Shown: one piece after another, positions 22,385 through 32,367 of the stretch
How the letters are laid out: every line of letters begins with the position of its first letter
How positions within the stretch are numbered: position 1 is the first letter of the stretch
Assembly: GCA_963829055.1 (NCBI GenBank)
Contig: CAWHHI010000008.1
Location: 96,001-160,000, forward strand
Direction of reading: 5' to 3'
DNA length: 64,000 bases
Source of the DNA: an uncultured Gemmatimonadaceae bacterium
GTDB taxonomy: Bacteria; Gemmatimonadota; Gemmatimonadetes; Gemmatimonadales; Gemmatimonadaceae
Program-made: the position numbers and the translations under genes
Notes under the pieces: generated by a model
Seen by the model: only the letters and a program-made list of their open reading frames with translations
Database searches by the model: none
Told to the model about the DNA's origin: nothing

Positions 22385-22399
22385 GCAAATCATATGCCC
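22385..22399 (-). promoter_or_regulatory. Sigma54 -24/-12 promoter upstream of the GT / GH1-RmlD / UGM genes
   Basis: Minus strand GGGCATATGATTTGC = GG-N10-GC ending in TTGC, about 60 bp before the start. Confidence 0.55.
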
Positions 22400-22450
22400 C
22401 ACTCGTCCGATTTTCGCGTTGATGGGATGATCTGTTTGCCTAACGAGCGA

Positions 22451-22476
22451 GAGCCAAAGCGCTAACGCTTTGGCTC
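22451..22476 (-). terminator. Hairpin downstream of the GH1 gene
   Basis: GAGCCAAAGCG-CTAA-CGCTTTGGCTC, a perfect 11-bp stem without a clear U-tract. Confidence 0.55.
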
Positions 22477-22517
22477 CCAATTAGATCCGGAATTGCAGGT
22501 GACTGGTCGCGAAATGA

Positions 22518-23723
22518 CTATGCCTGAGCACGCACAAAATTGCTCACTCCGCCATTAGCCGTCCACTGCGGCCCCCATGTCGCGACGATCTCGCGATAGC
22601 GGTGCGCAACCGGACGCGGCCGTCGTTTGAGGTCGTACAGGCCAACCGGATGGAGGTGATTCCGCTCCTCACGCAGAGCGTACTGCCAGTCCACCTGATC
22701 CGTAAGCGAATACCACGTGAATCCGCGGATGGGAATTCCGTCGGCGTGCAGCTGCACCATGTCGCGCCATTGCTCGTCGAGCCAGTCCACAGCGTGCCCG
22801 TGCACGCGATTGGTCTCGCAGTGAAAGAGCGGAACGTTGTACCGGTGGTAGTACTGCATCGCCAGCGCGCGGAAGCCGACCCCTCGCCGCGACGTCGTGC
22901 TGCGCCCTGTCGCGGACACACGGTGCTCGCACGTCGGGTAATAGTCCATGCCGAGCCACCGCTGACCAACGGCGCGACGCTCTCGAAAAAAACTGAGGTC
23001 GTTGGACGTTACGCCGTTGACGTTGAGATAGGCCGCCATTCCTGGCGCGAGCTCGTGCCCCATTGTCAGATCGAGCGACAGGTACTTGATCGCGTTCCAG
23101 CGCTCCGCCTCGCGTGTGGCGGAGCGGCCAGCAGCCTCGAAGTGCTCGATCGATTCTCCCTGCACGATGATCGCGTCCGGCCGCTCGGAGAGAATCGCCT
23201 CCACCGCCAGCTCGTGCGCCATGCAGAGATTCCGGAGCGCGCGGACGAACGTCGCGTCGCTCGTCCCACATTCATTCCACCACCCGCGCAGCGCCGAGAA
23301 GCTCGCGCAGATGAAGATCTCGTTCACCGGCGTGAAGTACCGCACCCACGGATAGCGACGCGCGAAGTTCCGCGCGTACTCCGCGAACAGCACGGGGAAC
23401 GCATCGTCCTGAAAGCCGCCGAGCCACGACGGGACGCCGAAGTGACACAGGTCGGCGATGACCTCGAGCCCCAACTCGCGCAGGCAATGCATGGGCGCGT
23501 CGGCGGTGTCCCAGTCGAACCGGTCGGGCGCGACGTGCGTCCGGTAATAGGGCGGACCGTAGCGCAGGGCATTGAGGCCCATCTCGCGCACGAGCGCGAA
23601 GTCCTCCTCCCAGCGCTCGTAGTGGCCGCACTTTTCCATCTGGTCGACGCGCGCACCGGTGCGCAGCGTCGGATAGCTGTTCTCGATGCCAGTGGCAAAG
23701 AGAAACGGGACAGCAGCAGACAT
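22518..23723 (-). CDS. GH1-like glycoside hydrolase
   Basis: FATGIE, HYERWEEDF, DLCHFG, TPVNE (acid/base), ETN (nucleophile) and GFTWYSLTDQVDW motifs. Confidence 0.85.
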   Translation of the reverse strand: MSAAVPFLFATGIENSYPTLRTGARVDQMEKCGHYERWEEDFALVREMGLNALRYGPPYYRTHVAPDRFDWDTADAPMHCLRELGLEVIADLCHFGVPSWLGGFQDDAFPVLFAEYARNFARRYPWVRYFTPVNEIFICASFSALRGWWNECGTSDATFVRALRNLCMAHELAVEAILSERPDAIIVQGESIEHFEAAGRSATREAERWNAIKYLSLDLTMGHELAPGMAAYLNVNGVTSNDLSFFRERRAVGQRWLGMDYYPTCEHRVSATGRSTTSRRGVGFRALAMQYYHRYNVPLFHCETNRVHGHAVDWLDEQWRDMVQLHADGIPIRGFTWYSLTDQVDWQYALREERNHLHPVGLYDLKRRPRPVAHRYREIVATWGPQWTANGGVSNFVRAQA

Positions 23724-23940
23724 CTCTGAATGCGACGGAAAAACGGCCGGAAGTGGTCGTCGGCGTGGACTCGGTGAGCGCGAAGCTCAGCTGCACACGC
23801 GGCGATCGAGGAATGGTACCGCAGCGACGACGAACGACGACCACCGACGTAACTAAGCCAAAGGCCAACTTGTTAGGCGTGGTCCGGCTCGCCACCCCAG
23901 GCGAGCCGGGCTCTGCCTTGGGCTTCTCACACTGCCCGCC

Positions 23941-25227
23941 TCAACGGCCGTATTTCTTCATGATCGTTTTCAGTCGATCTACCGGCAGCGCGTAGACACG
24001 GAGGTCGTTCGCGCCGGTCATCGTCTCCGCGGCCAGCAACGCGTTGACGATTGCCTCCTCGGTTGCCTGCGCGGTTGCCGTGAACAGCGGGGTGATCTTC
24101 GCGTTCGCGAGCATCTTGACGCTGGCGGTATCTGCCGCCCCCGCCGCACCCGCGTTCGCGGTCGAGAACGCCACGAAGATGTCGCCCGACGAATTTCCAC
24201 CCCATCCCCCCATCCGCCCGACGCCGAGCGAGATGCGCGTCGCCATGCGCTTGAGCTGATGCGGCAGCAGGGGCGCGTCGGTAGCCAGGACGACGATGAT
24301 CGACCCGGCGCCGTCTTCATCGTTGCGGCCCGGCGTTGGTGCGTCACAGGGGCGGCGCTGCCCAGGTCCGCCCTGCGCGGGAACCGGGTCATGATTCGCG
24401 ATACACGCCGCGAGATCGGGGATCTCTTCACCGACCGGGACGCCGGCGATTCTCAGGTCGCGCCGAGCGCCATAGTTGCACTGCACGAGCACGCCTACGG
24501 TGTAGCCGCCCTGCTCCGGCGGGAGTTTTCGTGATGCCGTACCGATCCCACCCTTGAAGCCGTGGCACACCATCCCGGTGCCGCCGCCGACGGCACCCTC
24601 CTGTACCGGACCGCCGCGCGCACCATCCAGCGCGCTGAATACATGCTCCGGCTTCACGTGAAAGCCGTTGATGTCGTTCAACCCGCCGTCATACGTCTCG
24701 GCGACGACAGGTAGCCCCCACGGCTGCATCCCCGGCTTGCCGACCTGCCACTGCAGAATCGCGTCGCGCACCACACCCACGCTGTGCGTGTTCGTGATCG
24801 CGATGGGTCCTTCGAGAATCCCGGATTCCTGCAGCCATGTAGTCCCGGTCATCTCGCCGTTCCCATTCAGCGTGAACCACGCGCCGAATACGGGGTCGGG
24901 GTTTGCCTTCCCCCGCGGATGGATGACCGTGACGCCGGTTCGAATCGGACCCTTCCCCACTACGAGCTTGCCACTGCCCGAGATCAGCGTGGTGTGGCCG
25001 ACTTCGATTCCCGCGACGTCAGTGATCGCGTCGAGCGCCCCCGCAGTCCCGCCGATTGGCAGCCCGAGATCGCGGGCGCGCGGCTTCGCCGGCGTCTGCG
25101 CGCCGAGCGACGCACCCACCACGAGTGCCACGACGGCCGCGCACGCCAGTCGGTCGAGATTCCGTGTCGGCGTGCGCGCGTCGACAGCGCACGGCTGTCG
25201 ACGCTCCCGTGAAACGTTAGGCATCAT
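23941..25227 (-). CDS. DmpA / peptidase S58 (P1) aminopeptidase; start uncertain
   Basis: ITDVAGIEVGH, NGNGEMTG, TNTHSVG, GGGTGM, GSIIVVLATDAP and SSGD motifs. Confidence 0.9.
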   Translation of the reverse strand: MMPNVSRERRQPCAVDARTPTRNLDRLACAAVVALVVGASLGAQTPAKPRARDLGLPIGGTAGALDAITDVAGIEVGHTTLISGSGKLVVGKGPIRTGVTVIHPRGKANPDPVFGAWFTLNGNGEMTGTTWLQESGILEGPIAITNTHSVGVVRDAILQWQVGKPGMQPWGLPVVAETYDGGLNDINGFHVKPEHVFSALDGARGGPVQEGAVGGGTGMVCHGFKGGIGTASRKLPPEQGGYTVGVLVQCNYGARRDLRIAGVPVGEEIPDLAACIANHDPVPAQGGPGQRRPCDAPTPGRNDEDGAGSIIVVLATDAPLLPHQLKRMATRISLGVGRMGGWGGNSSGDIFVAFSTANAGAAGAADTASVKMLANAKITPLFTATAQATEEAIVNALLAAETMTGANDLRVYALPVDRLKTIMKKYGR

Positions 25228-25309
25228 CGATTGGCCTCGCGTGGCGAACGTGACAGACGTGACGGTGGGTACGACGTCTTCGGGCAGACGAGCGATTGCG
25301 TTCGTGCGG

Positions 25310-26663
25310 CTAGCTGACCGACTTGATCACGTCGGCCAGCGTTCCGACCAATTCGTCGATCTGTCGCTTCTCGATGATCAGCGGCGGAGAGAGCGCGATG
25401 ATGTCTCCCGTCACACGAATCAGCGCACCGCGGTTGAAACACTCGATGAACACGTCGAACCCGCGCGCGCCCGGTGCGGCAGCGCGCGGCTCGAGCTCGA
25501 ATGCCGCCCACGAGTCCGAGGTTCCGGATGTCGATCACGTGCGGCAGGCCACGCAGCGAGTGCAGCGCGTTTTCCCAGTACGGTGCCAGCGACGCCGCGC
25601 GCTCGAACAGCCCTTCCGTCCGATACAACTCGAGCGTTGCGAGACCAGCCGCCGCCGCCAGCGGATGTCCGGAGTACGTATAGCCGTGAAACAGCTCGAT
25701 GCCAGTTGGCGCCGAGTTCACGACCGTATCGTAGATGCCGTGACGAACGAACACGGCGCCCATCGGGACGGCGGCATTCGTTAGGCCCTTCGCCACCGTC
25801 ATCAGGTCGGGAACCACGCCGAAGTAATCCGCCGCGAACGGTGTACCCAACCGGCCGAAGCCGGTGATGACTTCGTCGAAAATGAGCAGGATCCCGTGGC
25901 GATCACAGATGCCGCGGAGCCGCTCGAGATATCCCTTCGGAGGAATCAGCACGCCCGTGGATCCCGCCATCGGCTCGACGATCACCGCCGCAATCGTGTC
26001 CGCGCCGCGCTCCCGAACGATACGCTCGAGATCATCCGCGAGCTCCGCACCGTGAGCCGGCACGCCGCGCGAGAACGCGTTGCGCGCGAGGTCGTGCGTA
26101 TGCGGCATGTGGTCCACCTGCGGGAGCAACTGTGCCGCATAGGCGCGCTTGTTGGGCTCGATGCCGCCGACCGAGATCCCCCCGAATCCTACGCCGTGAT
26201 ATCCGCGGAGCCGTCCGACAAACCGCGTGCGCTGCGGCTCCCCCTTCGACTGGAAATACGCCAGCGCAATCTTGAGCGCCGAGTCGACCGCTTCCGAACC
26301 AGAGTTCGAGAAGAAGACGTGATCCAGGTCGCCCGGCAGCATCTGCGCGACCCGCTCGGCGAGTGCGAAGCTGTACGGATGCCCCATCTGAAAGCCAGGC
26401 GCGAAGTCCAGCGTCGCCGCGGCTTCCTGCACCGCGCGCACGATCGGCTCACGGCAGTGGCCTGCGTTCACGCACCACAGTCCCGCCGTGCCGTCGAGCA
26501 CCTGACGGCCATCGACCGACGTGTAGTACATGCCGTTGGCCGATGCGAGCATTCGCGGCGCGCGCTTGAACGCACGGTTCGCCGTGAACGGCATCCAGAG
26601 CTCCTCGAGTGATGGCTCGGAAGCGATTGCGCTGGCGATGGAGGCAGTCTCAGTCATGGTCAT
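25310..26663 (-). CDS. Omega-amino acid (beta-alanine)-pyruvate aminotransferase, class III, with a +1 frameshift near 25500
   Basis: WMPFTANR, DGTAGLWC, SGSEAVD, FDEVITGFGR, AKG and HGYTYSGHP; the corrected frame ends GIELE..RVTGDIIALSPPLI..KSVS* at 25310. Confidence 0.88.
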
Positions 26664-26726
26664 GTCCTTCTCGTAGGTTCGTCGTGTCCGTGCCATCGAG
26701 CAACGGCTATTGAACGCGATTGAACG

Positions 26727-27479
26727 CTATTCCGGTCCATCTCCCCCGCCTAACACGGGGTTCCCTTCCGCTTCACGATCATCCGCAAGCTCGGCCTCGC
26801 GCTCGGCCGCCGCAATCGCGTCGCGCTCCGCCTTGTATCGCTCGTACCACGCGCGAGTGACCTCGCCCGCGAGCTCCCGGTTGCCGAGTCCGAACGAGAG
26901 CGCGAGTGCAAGCGCGACTGCGCCGAACAGAATCGCGAACGCGGTGACGACGATCTCGTTGGCGATGCCCAGTTGCTGCAGCGCCATGAAGATCGCGAGC
27001 AGTATCACACCCCAGCGTCCTACACGCGCGAGTGTGGGCCCACCTTGAATGGCTCCGGCGGAGGCCAGAATCAATCCACCCACGAATCTTCCGAGCACGA
27101 TGCCGACGATGAGCAGGACGATCGCCGCCATCATGCTCGGGATGTAACCGACCAGCTCCGAGAACACGTCGGCGAGCGTTTCCATTCCCAGCGCGTTCGC
27201 GGCAACCATAATCACCACGAACATCACGAACCAGAAGACCAGGTTCGCGATCACGCGAGAGGGATTGAAGTGCGATCCCGATCGCTCCACGGCTTGCATG
27301 ACGCCGCCGCGCTCGAGGAAATAGTTCAGCCGCATGCGGCGGAAGAGACGTTCCGTTCCGCGTTCGATGAGCTTCGCCAGGAGATACCCGGCGAACAGGA
27401 TGATGAGCGCGCCGAAGAGCGCGGGGACGAATTCGGCGAACTGGGCGAAGCTGCTTTGCAGTCGCTCCAGAAAAGTCAT
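26727..27479 (-). CDS. CmpX-like membrane protein with mechanosensitive-channel TM_helix repeats
   Basis: FVPALFGALIIL and YIPSMMAAIVLL repeats; ALALSFGLG. Confidence 0.8.
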   Translation of the reverse strand: MTFLERLQSSFAQFAEFVPALFGALIILFAGYLLAKLIERGTERLFRRMRLNYFLERGGVMQAVERSGSHFNPSRVIANLVFWFVMFVVIMVAANALGMETLADVFSELVGYIPSMMAAIVLLIVGIVLGRFVGGLILASAGAIQGGPTLARVGRWGVILLAIFMALQQLGIANEIVVTAFAILFGAVALALALSFGLGNRELAGEVTRAWYERYKAERDAIAAAEREAELADDREAEGNPVLGGGDGPE

Positions 27480-27501
27480 GCGGAAGCTCCGGGTCGGTCC
27501 C

Positions 27502-27729
27502 TCAGTTTCTCGTGCCTCGTTTCACATCGAAGATGGCGCTCCGATGGCATTTCGGGCAGATGAGCCACTCACGTCGTCGCGCGTACCCAAGCCCAAACGA
27601 CCCGCCGCCAATGGTCCGAGCGGAGAGCGCCACCGTGCACCGCGGGCAGTGAGCCGAGTGGCCGGCCGCAACAGCTTCGCGGATCTCTCGCTGTTCTTCG
27701 ACCGTGAACTGCGCCTGATCTCCGGTCAC
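27502..27729 (-). CDS. Small zinc-ribbon protein (75 aa)
   Basis: GTG start overlapping the upstream TGA; CPRC and CPKC pairs. Confidence 0.65.
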   Translation of the reverse strand: MTGDQAQFTVEEQREIREAVAAGHSAHCPRCTVALSARTIGGGSFGLGYARRREWLICPKCHRSAIFDVKRGTRN

Positions 27730-28769
27730 CGGTCCGCCACCCGCACCACGACCTTGCCGAACTGCTGTCCCGATTGGAGCCGCTCGAACGCCTCCCGCCC
27801 CTTCTCGAGCGGGAATTCCGAGTCGATCGGCGGTTGCAACCGCCCCTCCCGAAGCTCCGCGACGATCGCCTCGAACTCGTCGTCGCTGCCCATCGTCGAA
27901 CCCATCAGGGTCCACTGATTCCAGAACATTCTCCGGACGTCGGTCTGCACCAGTGGGCCGGACGTGCCGCCGCAGGTGACGAGCCGGCCGCGCTTCCCGA
28001 GCGACCCGAGCGACGAGGCCCACGTCGCCTCCCCGACGCAATCGATGACGACATCCACACCGCGCTTCCCCGTTCGCGCGCGGACCTCCTTCCCGACATC
28101 GTGTGTCGTATGGTTGATGAGCTCATCGGCGCCTAACACGGCCGCGCGGGCCAGCTTGGCGTCGCTGCTCGATGTCACCCATACGCGCGCGCCGAGGTAC
28201 TTGGAGATCTGCAGCGCGGCAAGTGCGACACCGCCACCGATGCCTTGAATGAGCACCTGGTCGCTCGGGCGAACATTCGCGCGCGACACCACCATGCGCC
28301 ACGCCGTCAGCGTCGCCAACGGAAACGCTGCCGCAACCGACAAATCGACGGTCGGTGGAATCGGCAGCACGTTCGCCACTGGAACGACGACGAACTCCGC
28401 CAACGAACCCGGCCGGTGCTCGCCGAGAATGCTGTAGCGAAGGCAGAGCGGATTGTCGCCGGTGCGGCAATACTCGCAGGTGCGGTCGCTCACCCCCGGA
28501 TTGAGCACGACGCGATCACCCGGCCGAACCGACGTCACTCCGGGCCCCACCGCGTCGACGACGCCAGCGCAATCCGAGCCGAGAATCCAGCCGGGAGATA
28601 TGCGAACCCCGGGTACGCCGCGAACCACCCAGAGGTCGAGATGATTCAGCGCCGCCGCATGCACACGAACCCGCACATCGTCGGGCGACGTGATCTCGGG
28701 TGCAGGGATGTCGTCGCGAAACTTGAGTTGATCGAGTTGGCCGTGCGCATCGATCGTCAGCGCTCGCAC
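27726..28769 (-). CDS. Zinc-binding alcohol dehydrogenase / quinone oxidoreductase (MDR family)
   Basis: ALNHLD, GSDCAG, C-EYC..C, GIGGGV and FGKVV motifs. Confidence 0.9.
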   Translation of the reverse strand: MRALTIDAHGQLDQLKFRDDIPAPEITSPDDVRVRVHAAALNHLDLWVVRGVPGVRISPGWILGSDCAGVVDAVGPGVTSVRPGDRVVLNPGVSDRTCEYCRTGDNPLCLRYSILGEHRPGSLAEFVVVPVANVLPIPPTVDLSVAAAFPLATLTAWRMVVSRANVRPSDQVLIQGIGGGVALAALQISKYLGARVWVTSSSDAKLARAAVLGADELINHTTHDVGKEVRARTGKRGVDVVIDCVGEATWASSLGSLGKRGRLVTCGGTSGPLVQTDVRRMFWNQWTLMGSTMGSDDEFEAIVAELREGRLQPPIDSEFPLEKGREAFERLQSGQQFGKVVVRVADR

Positions 28770-28834
28770 GAGGTTCCTCGACGGTTATATTCCGCGAAAA
28801 CTTCGCCCACCATACCGGTCACTGGATTCGCGGA

Positions 28835-30127
28835 ATGATATCGATCAAGGTGCCCCCTCTCGGAGAATCGATCGTCGAAGCGACGGTCGCTCGATGGCTC
28901 AAGAAGGAGGGGGATGCGGTCGCTGCAGGCGACACTCTGGTCGAATTGGAGACGGATAAAGTTACCGTCGAGGTGCCCGCGCTCAAAGCGGGTGTGCTCG
29001 CTCGGCAAGTGAAGCACGACGGTGATGTCGTCGCCGTCGATGACGTCCTTGGCGAGATCGACGAGACAGCAGCAGGTGCGTCTGCCGCGCCCGCGCCCGC
29101 TGAAGCTCCGACGCCGCAGCGGAACGCGGCTCAAGTCGACCCCGCTGCCACGCCCGCTCCAGCCGCGGCGCCCGTTGACGTCAAGGCATCGCCTGCGGCC
29201 AGGCGCATCGCCGCTGAAGGCGGAGTCGATCTCGGCGGCATCACCGGAACCGGTCGAGGCGGTGTAGTCAGCAAGCCGGATGTCATCGAACAGGCCGACC
29301 GCGCAACGCCGCCCAACACACAACGTGGTGATGGCGCCGGCTCACAACCCGCGGCGCGGCCAGCTGTCGAAGCGGCCCCACGGCCAGCGACCGCCCCGAG
29401 CAAGCCGCCGACCGCACCCGCTCCCGCGGGCGCGCGCGAAACGCGCGAGAAGATGTCGACGCGCCGCAAGCGCATTGCCGAACATCTCCTCGAAGCGCAG
29501 CACGCGACAGCGCACCTGACGACGTTCAACGAAATCGACATGTCGGCGGTGAGCACGCTCCGCGAACGCATCAAGGAGCGTGTCGAGAAGGAGCGTGGAG
29601 TGAAGCTCAGCTTCATGCCGTTCTTCGTGAAGGCCGCGTGTCAGGCGCTCGAGGCGTACCCAGTCGTCAATGCGCAGATCGATGGTGACTCGATCGTCTA
29701 CAAGCACTACGTCAACATGGGAATCGCCGTCGCGTCCGATGCCGGTCTGGTTGTGCCGAACATCAAGGACGCGGATCGCAAAGGCATGGTCGAGGTCTCG
29801 AGCGACATCGCCGCGATCGCAAAGCGCGCGCGCGACGGCAAGCTCACGATGGACGATCTCACCGGCGGCACGTTCACCATCACGAATGGCGGCGTGTTCG
29901 GTTCACTGGTGTCGACACCGATCATCAACTATCCGCAGGTCGCCATTCTCGGACTGCACAAGATTCAGGATCGCCCGGTCGCCATCAACGGCAAGGTCGA
30001 GATTCGGCCCATGATGTATGTGGCTCTCTCGTACGATCACCGAATCATCGATGGGCAGCAGGCGGTGTTGTTCCTCGTGCGCGTGAAGGAGTTGATGGAA
30101 GATCCCGCGACGATGCTGATCAACTAA
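28835..30127 (+). CDS. sucB: 2-oxoglutarate dehydrogenase E2 (dihydrolipoyllysine succinyltransferase)
   Basis: Lipoyl domain ETDKV, E3-binding [21 protein letters not shown] and [10 protein letters not shown]. Confidence 0.95.
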   Translation: MISIKVPPLGESIVEATVARWLKKEGDAVAAGDTLVELETDKVTVEVPALKAGVLARQVKHDGDVVAVDDVLGEIDETAAGASAAPAPAEAPTPQRNAAQVDPAATPAPAAAPVDVKASPAARRIAAEGGVDLGGITGTGRGGVVSKPDVIEQADRATPPNTQRGDGAGSQPAARPAVEAAPRPATAPSKPPTAPAPAGARETREKMSTRRKRIAEHLLEAQHATAHLTTFNEIDMSAVSTLRERIKERVEKERGVKLSFMPFFVKAACQALEAYPVVNAQIDGDSIVYKHYVNMGIAVASDAGLVVPNIKDADRKGMVEVSSDIAAIAKRARDGKLTMDDLTGGTFTITNGGVFGSLVSTPIINYPQVAILGLHKIQDRPVAINGKVEIRPMMYVALSYDHRIIDGQQAVLFLVRVKELMEDPATMLIN

Positions 30128-30156
30128 CGCAGCGCCCGCACCGCACTCCGGCTCTC

Positions 30157-30200
30157 CCCGGGATGCACGCTCCTCGTGAGCGATGCATCCCGGGTTTTTT
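30157..30200 (+). terminator. Intrinsic terminator after sucB
   Basis: CCCGGGATGCA...TGCATCCCGGG followed by T6. Confidence 0.8.
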
Positions 30201-30376
30201 CATCGGGGATTTCCGTCTCGAGGCAAACCCTTTTCCGTCGAACTGCATCCAATGAGCAACAGAGAGTGAGACGGGCGCGCGATGCTGCGACTGTCGGGAG
30301 CCCTCGGAGCCGCTGATGCCGAGAGCCGACACTTTTCGATAGGTATCTCGTAGTGAGCGGTGACAGGAGTAGCCAG

Positions 30377-30817
30377 ATGGGCAAGTCTTCAACTTCATTC
30401 GCGTTTACGCCAATACCGCCCGCGCGCGGAAGCTTCAGGCCGCCAATCATGTCGGCCCTTTCCGGAGTCTGGCGCGGACATCTGATGGCGGCTGACGAGG
30501 ACGTCAGCGTTCCGTTCACCTTGATTCGCGATGCGTCGGTGGACGCGTCAGTTGTAGGACGGTTCCTGTTCTTCATGACGAAGGACATCCCGCCTACCGG
30601 TGCCAAGCTGCTCGAAGCAAGTCAGAGCACGTTCGTCGCGATGGTCGGGCCGTATTTCGATCCGCGTGAGAACGCCGAAGTGGTGACGGTGTTCGAGGGT
30701 CGTCGCGTCGACGGGAAGATTTCGGGCAAGTTCAACACGCGACTCGTACGCGGATACCGGCCGCTGCGCGAAGGGAAATTCGTGGCAGTCCGCGCTGACA
30801 CCGAAGCACACGTGTAA
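30377..30817 (+). CDS. Hypothetical protein
   Basis: AGGAG RBS, coding-like codon use, terminator downstream. Confidence 0.6.
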   Translation: MGKSSTSFAFTPIPPARGSFRPPIMSALSGVWRGHLMAADEDVSVPFTLIRDASVDASVVGRFLFFMTKDIPPTGAKLLEASQSTFVAMVGPYFDPRENAEVVTVFEGRRVDGKISGKFNTRLVRGYRPLREGKFVAVRADTEAHV

Positions 30818-30868
30818 TTGAAGCCGCCGACTCCGGCGGCGCTGATGGGGCTCCCTGAGGGGGGAGCG

Positions 30869-30910
30869 GCGGGTACGGTCGCCTTCGGTGGCCGTACCCG
30901 CTACTTTTTT
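30869..30910 (+). terminator. Intrinsic terminator just upstream of lpdA
   Basis: GCGGGTACGG...CCGTACCCGC stem followed by a T-tract. Confidence 0.7.
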
Positions 30911-30937
30911 CCGCTTCCCCTTGTGCCCCAATGAAAC

Positions 30938-32347
30938 ATGGCAAACGCTAGCGAAACGGCCGACGTCGTTGTCATCGGCGGCGGTCCCGGCGGCTATGTC
31001 GCCGCGATCCGCGCCGCGCAACTCGGCCTGAAGACGGTTTGCGTCGAGATGGACAAAACGCTCGGCGGGACGTGCGTCAATGTCGGCTGCATTCCCTCCA
31101 AAGCACTGCTTCAGTCATCCGAGCACTACGAGTTCGCTCGCGTACATGCGGCCGAGCACGGGATCAACTTCGACGGCGTGAAGGTGGATCTGCCGACGAT
31201 GATGAACCGCAAAGTGGAGGTCGTCGCCCAGAACACGCGAGGCGTTGAGTTTCTCTTCAAGAAGAACAAGGTCACCTGGGCGAAAGGCCGCGGCACCTTG
31301 CGACCTGGGAACCTCGTCGAGGTCGCTGGCAGCGATGGTTCGGTCACGACGTATCAGGCCAGGAACGTCATCATCGCGACTGGCTCCGTGCCCATCGAGC
31401 TGCCGTTTCTCAAGTTCGATGAGCGCCGCGTGTTATCGAACATTGGCGCGCTGACCATCGGCGAGGTTCCGAAACACCTTGTGGTGATCGGCGGTGGTGT
31501 GATCGGTCTAGAGCTGGGCTCGGTGTGGCGACGATTGGGCGCCAAGGTTACCGTCGTCGAGCTCATGCCCACGATCCTGCCCGGCATGGATGCCGACGTC
31601 GTGAAGGAAGCCGACAAGGTCTTTCGCAAGCAGGGTCTGGAGATCCGCGCCGGAACGAAAGTGACCGGCGCAACCATCGAAGCCGATCGCGTGCTCGTCC
31701 AGACCGACAAGGACGGAACATCGGAGACGCTCGAGGCCGATTACGTGCTGGTCTCGATTGGGCGCCGTTCCTCCATCACGGGCATCGATGCCGCCGCGCT
31801 CGGCCTGAATGTCGGTAAGCGCGGTGAGATTCTCGTCGACCACGCGATGCGCACGAACCTGCCGGGCGTATTCGCGATCGGTGACGTGGTTGGCGGAAAA
31901 TTGCTCGCGCACAAGGCCGAAGAAGAGGGCGTCATCGCCGCCGAGGTCATCGCCGGAAAGCCGTCGGAAATGCACTACCGATCGATGCCATCCATCGTAT
32001 ACACGTGGCCGGAGATCGCGAGCGTCGGACTCGCCGAGCACGAAGTGAAGGAGAGCGGCCGCGCGTATAAGGTCGGGAAGTTTCCCTTCTCAGCGAACGG
32101 CCGTGCCCGGACCATGGGTGAGACGAGTGGCTTCGTGAAGTTCATCGCCGACGCGACGACGGACGAACTACTCGGCGCGCATCTCATCGGGCCTAACGTT
32201 TCCGAACTGTGCGCGGAGGTCGTGCTCGCGTTCGAATACCGCGGGTCGTCCGAGGACATCGGCATCACGGTGCACTCGCACCCCACGCTCTCCGAGGCCG
32301 TGAAGGAAGCAGCGTTAGGCGTCCTCGGCCGCCCGATTCACCTGTAG
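30938..32347 (+). CDS. lpdA: Dihydrolipoyl dehydrogenase (E3)
   Basis: GGGPGGY, GGTCVNVGCIPSK, GGGVIGLE and HPTLSE motifs. Confidence 0.97.
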   Translation: MANASETADVVVIGGGPGGYVAAIRAAQLGLKTVCVEMDKTLGGTCVNVGCIPSKALLQSSEHYEFARVHAAEHGINFDGVKVDLPTMMNRKVEVVAQNTRGVEFLFKKNKVTWAKGRGTLRPGNLVEVAGSDGSVTTYQARNVIIATGSVPIELPFLKFDERRVLSNIGALTIGEVPKHLVVIGGGVIGLELGSVWRRLGAKVTVVELMPTILPGMDADVVKEADKVFRKQGLEIRAGTKVTGATIEADRVLVQTDKDGTSETLEADYVLVSIGRRSSITGIDAAALGLNVGKRGEILVDHAMRTNLPGVFAIGDVVGGKLLAHKAEEEGVIAAEVIAGKPSEMHYRSMPSIVYTWPEIASVGLAEHEVKESGRAYKVGKFPFSANGRARTMGETSGFVKFIADATTDELLGAHLIGPNVSELCAEVVLAFEYRGSSEDIGITVHSHPTLSEAVKEAALGVLGRPIHL

Positions 32348-32367
32348 ACGCTGCGGGCTCGCGAGGC

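Noticed and set aside
30200..30370. GGCAAAC-containing leader as a c-di-GMP-I riboswitch
   Set aside because: The GAAA-tetraloop stem and downstream GCAAAGC elements could not be found.
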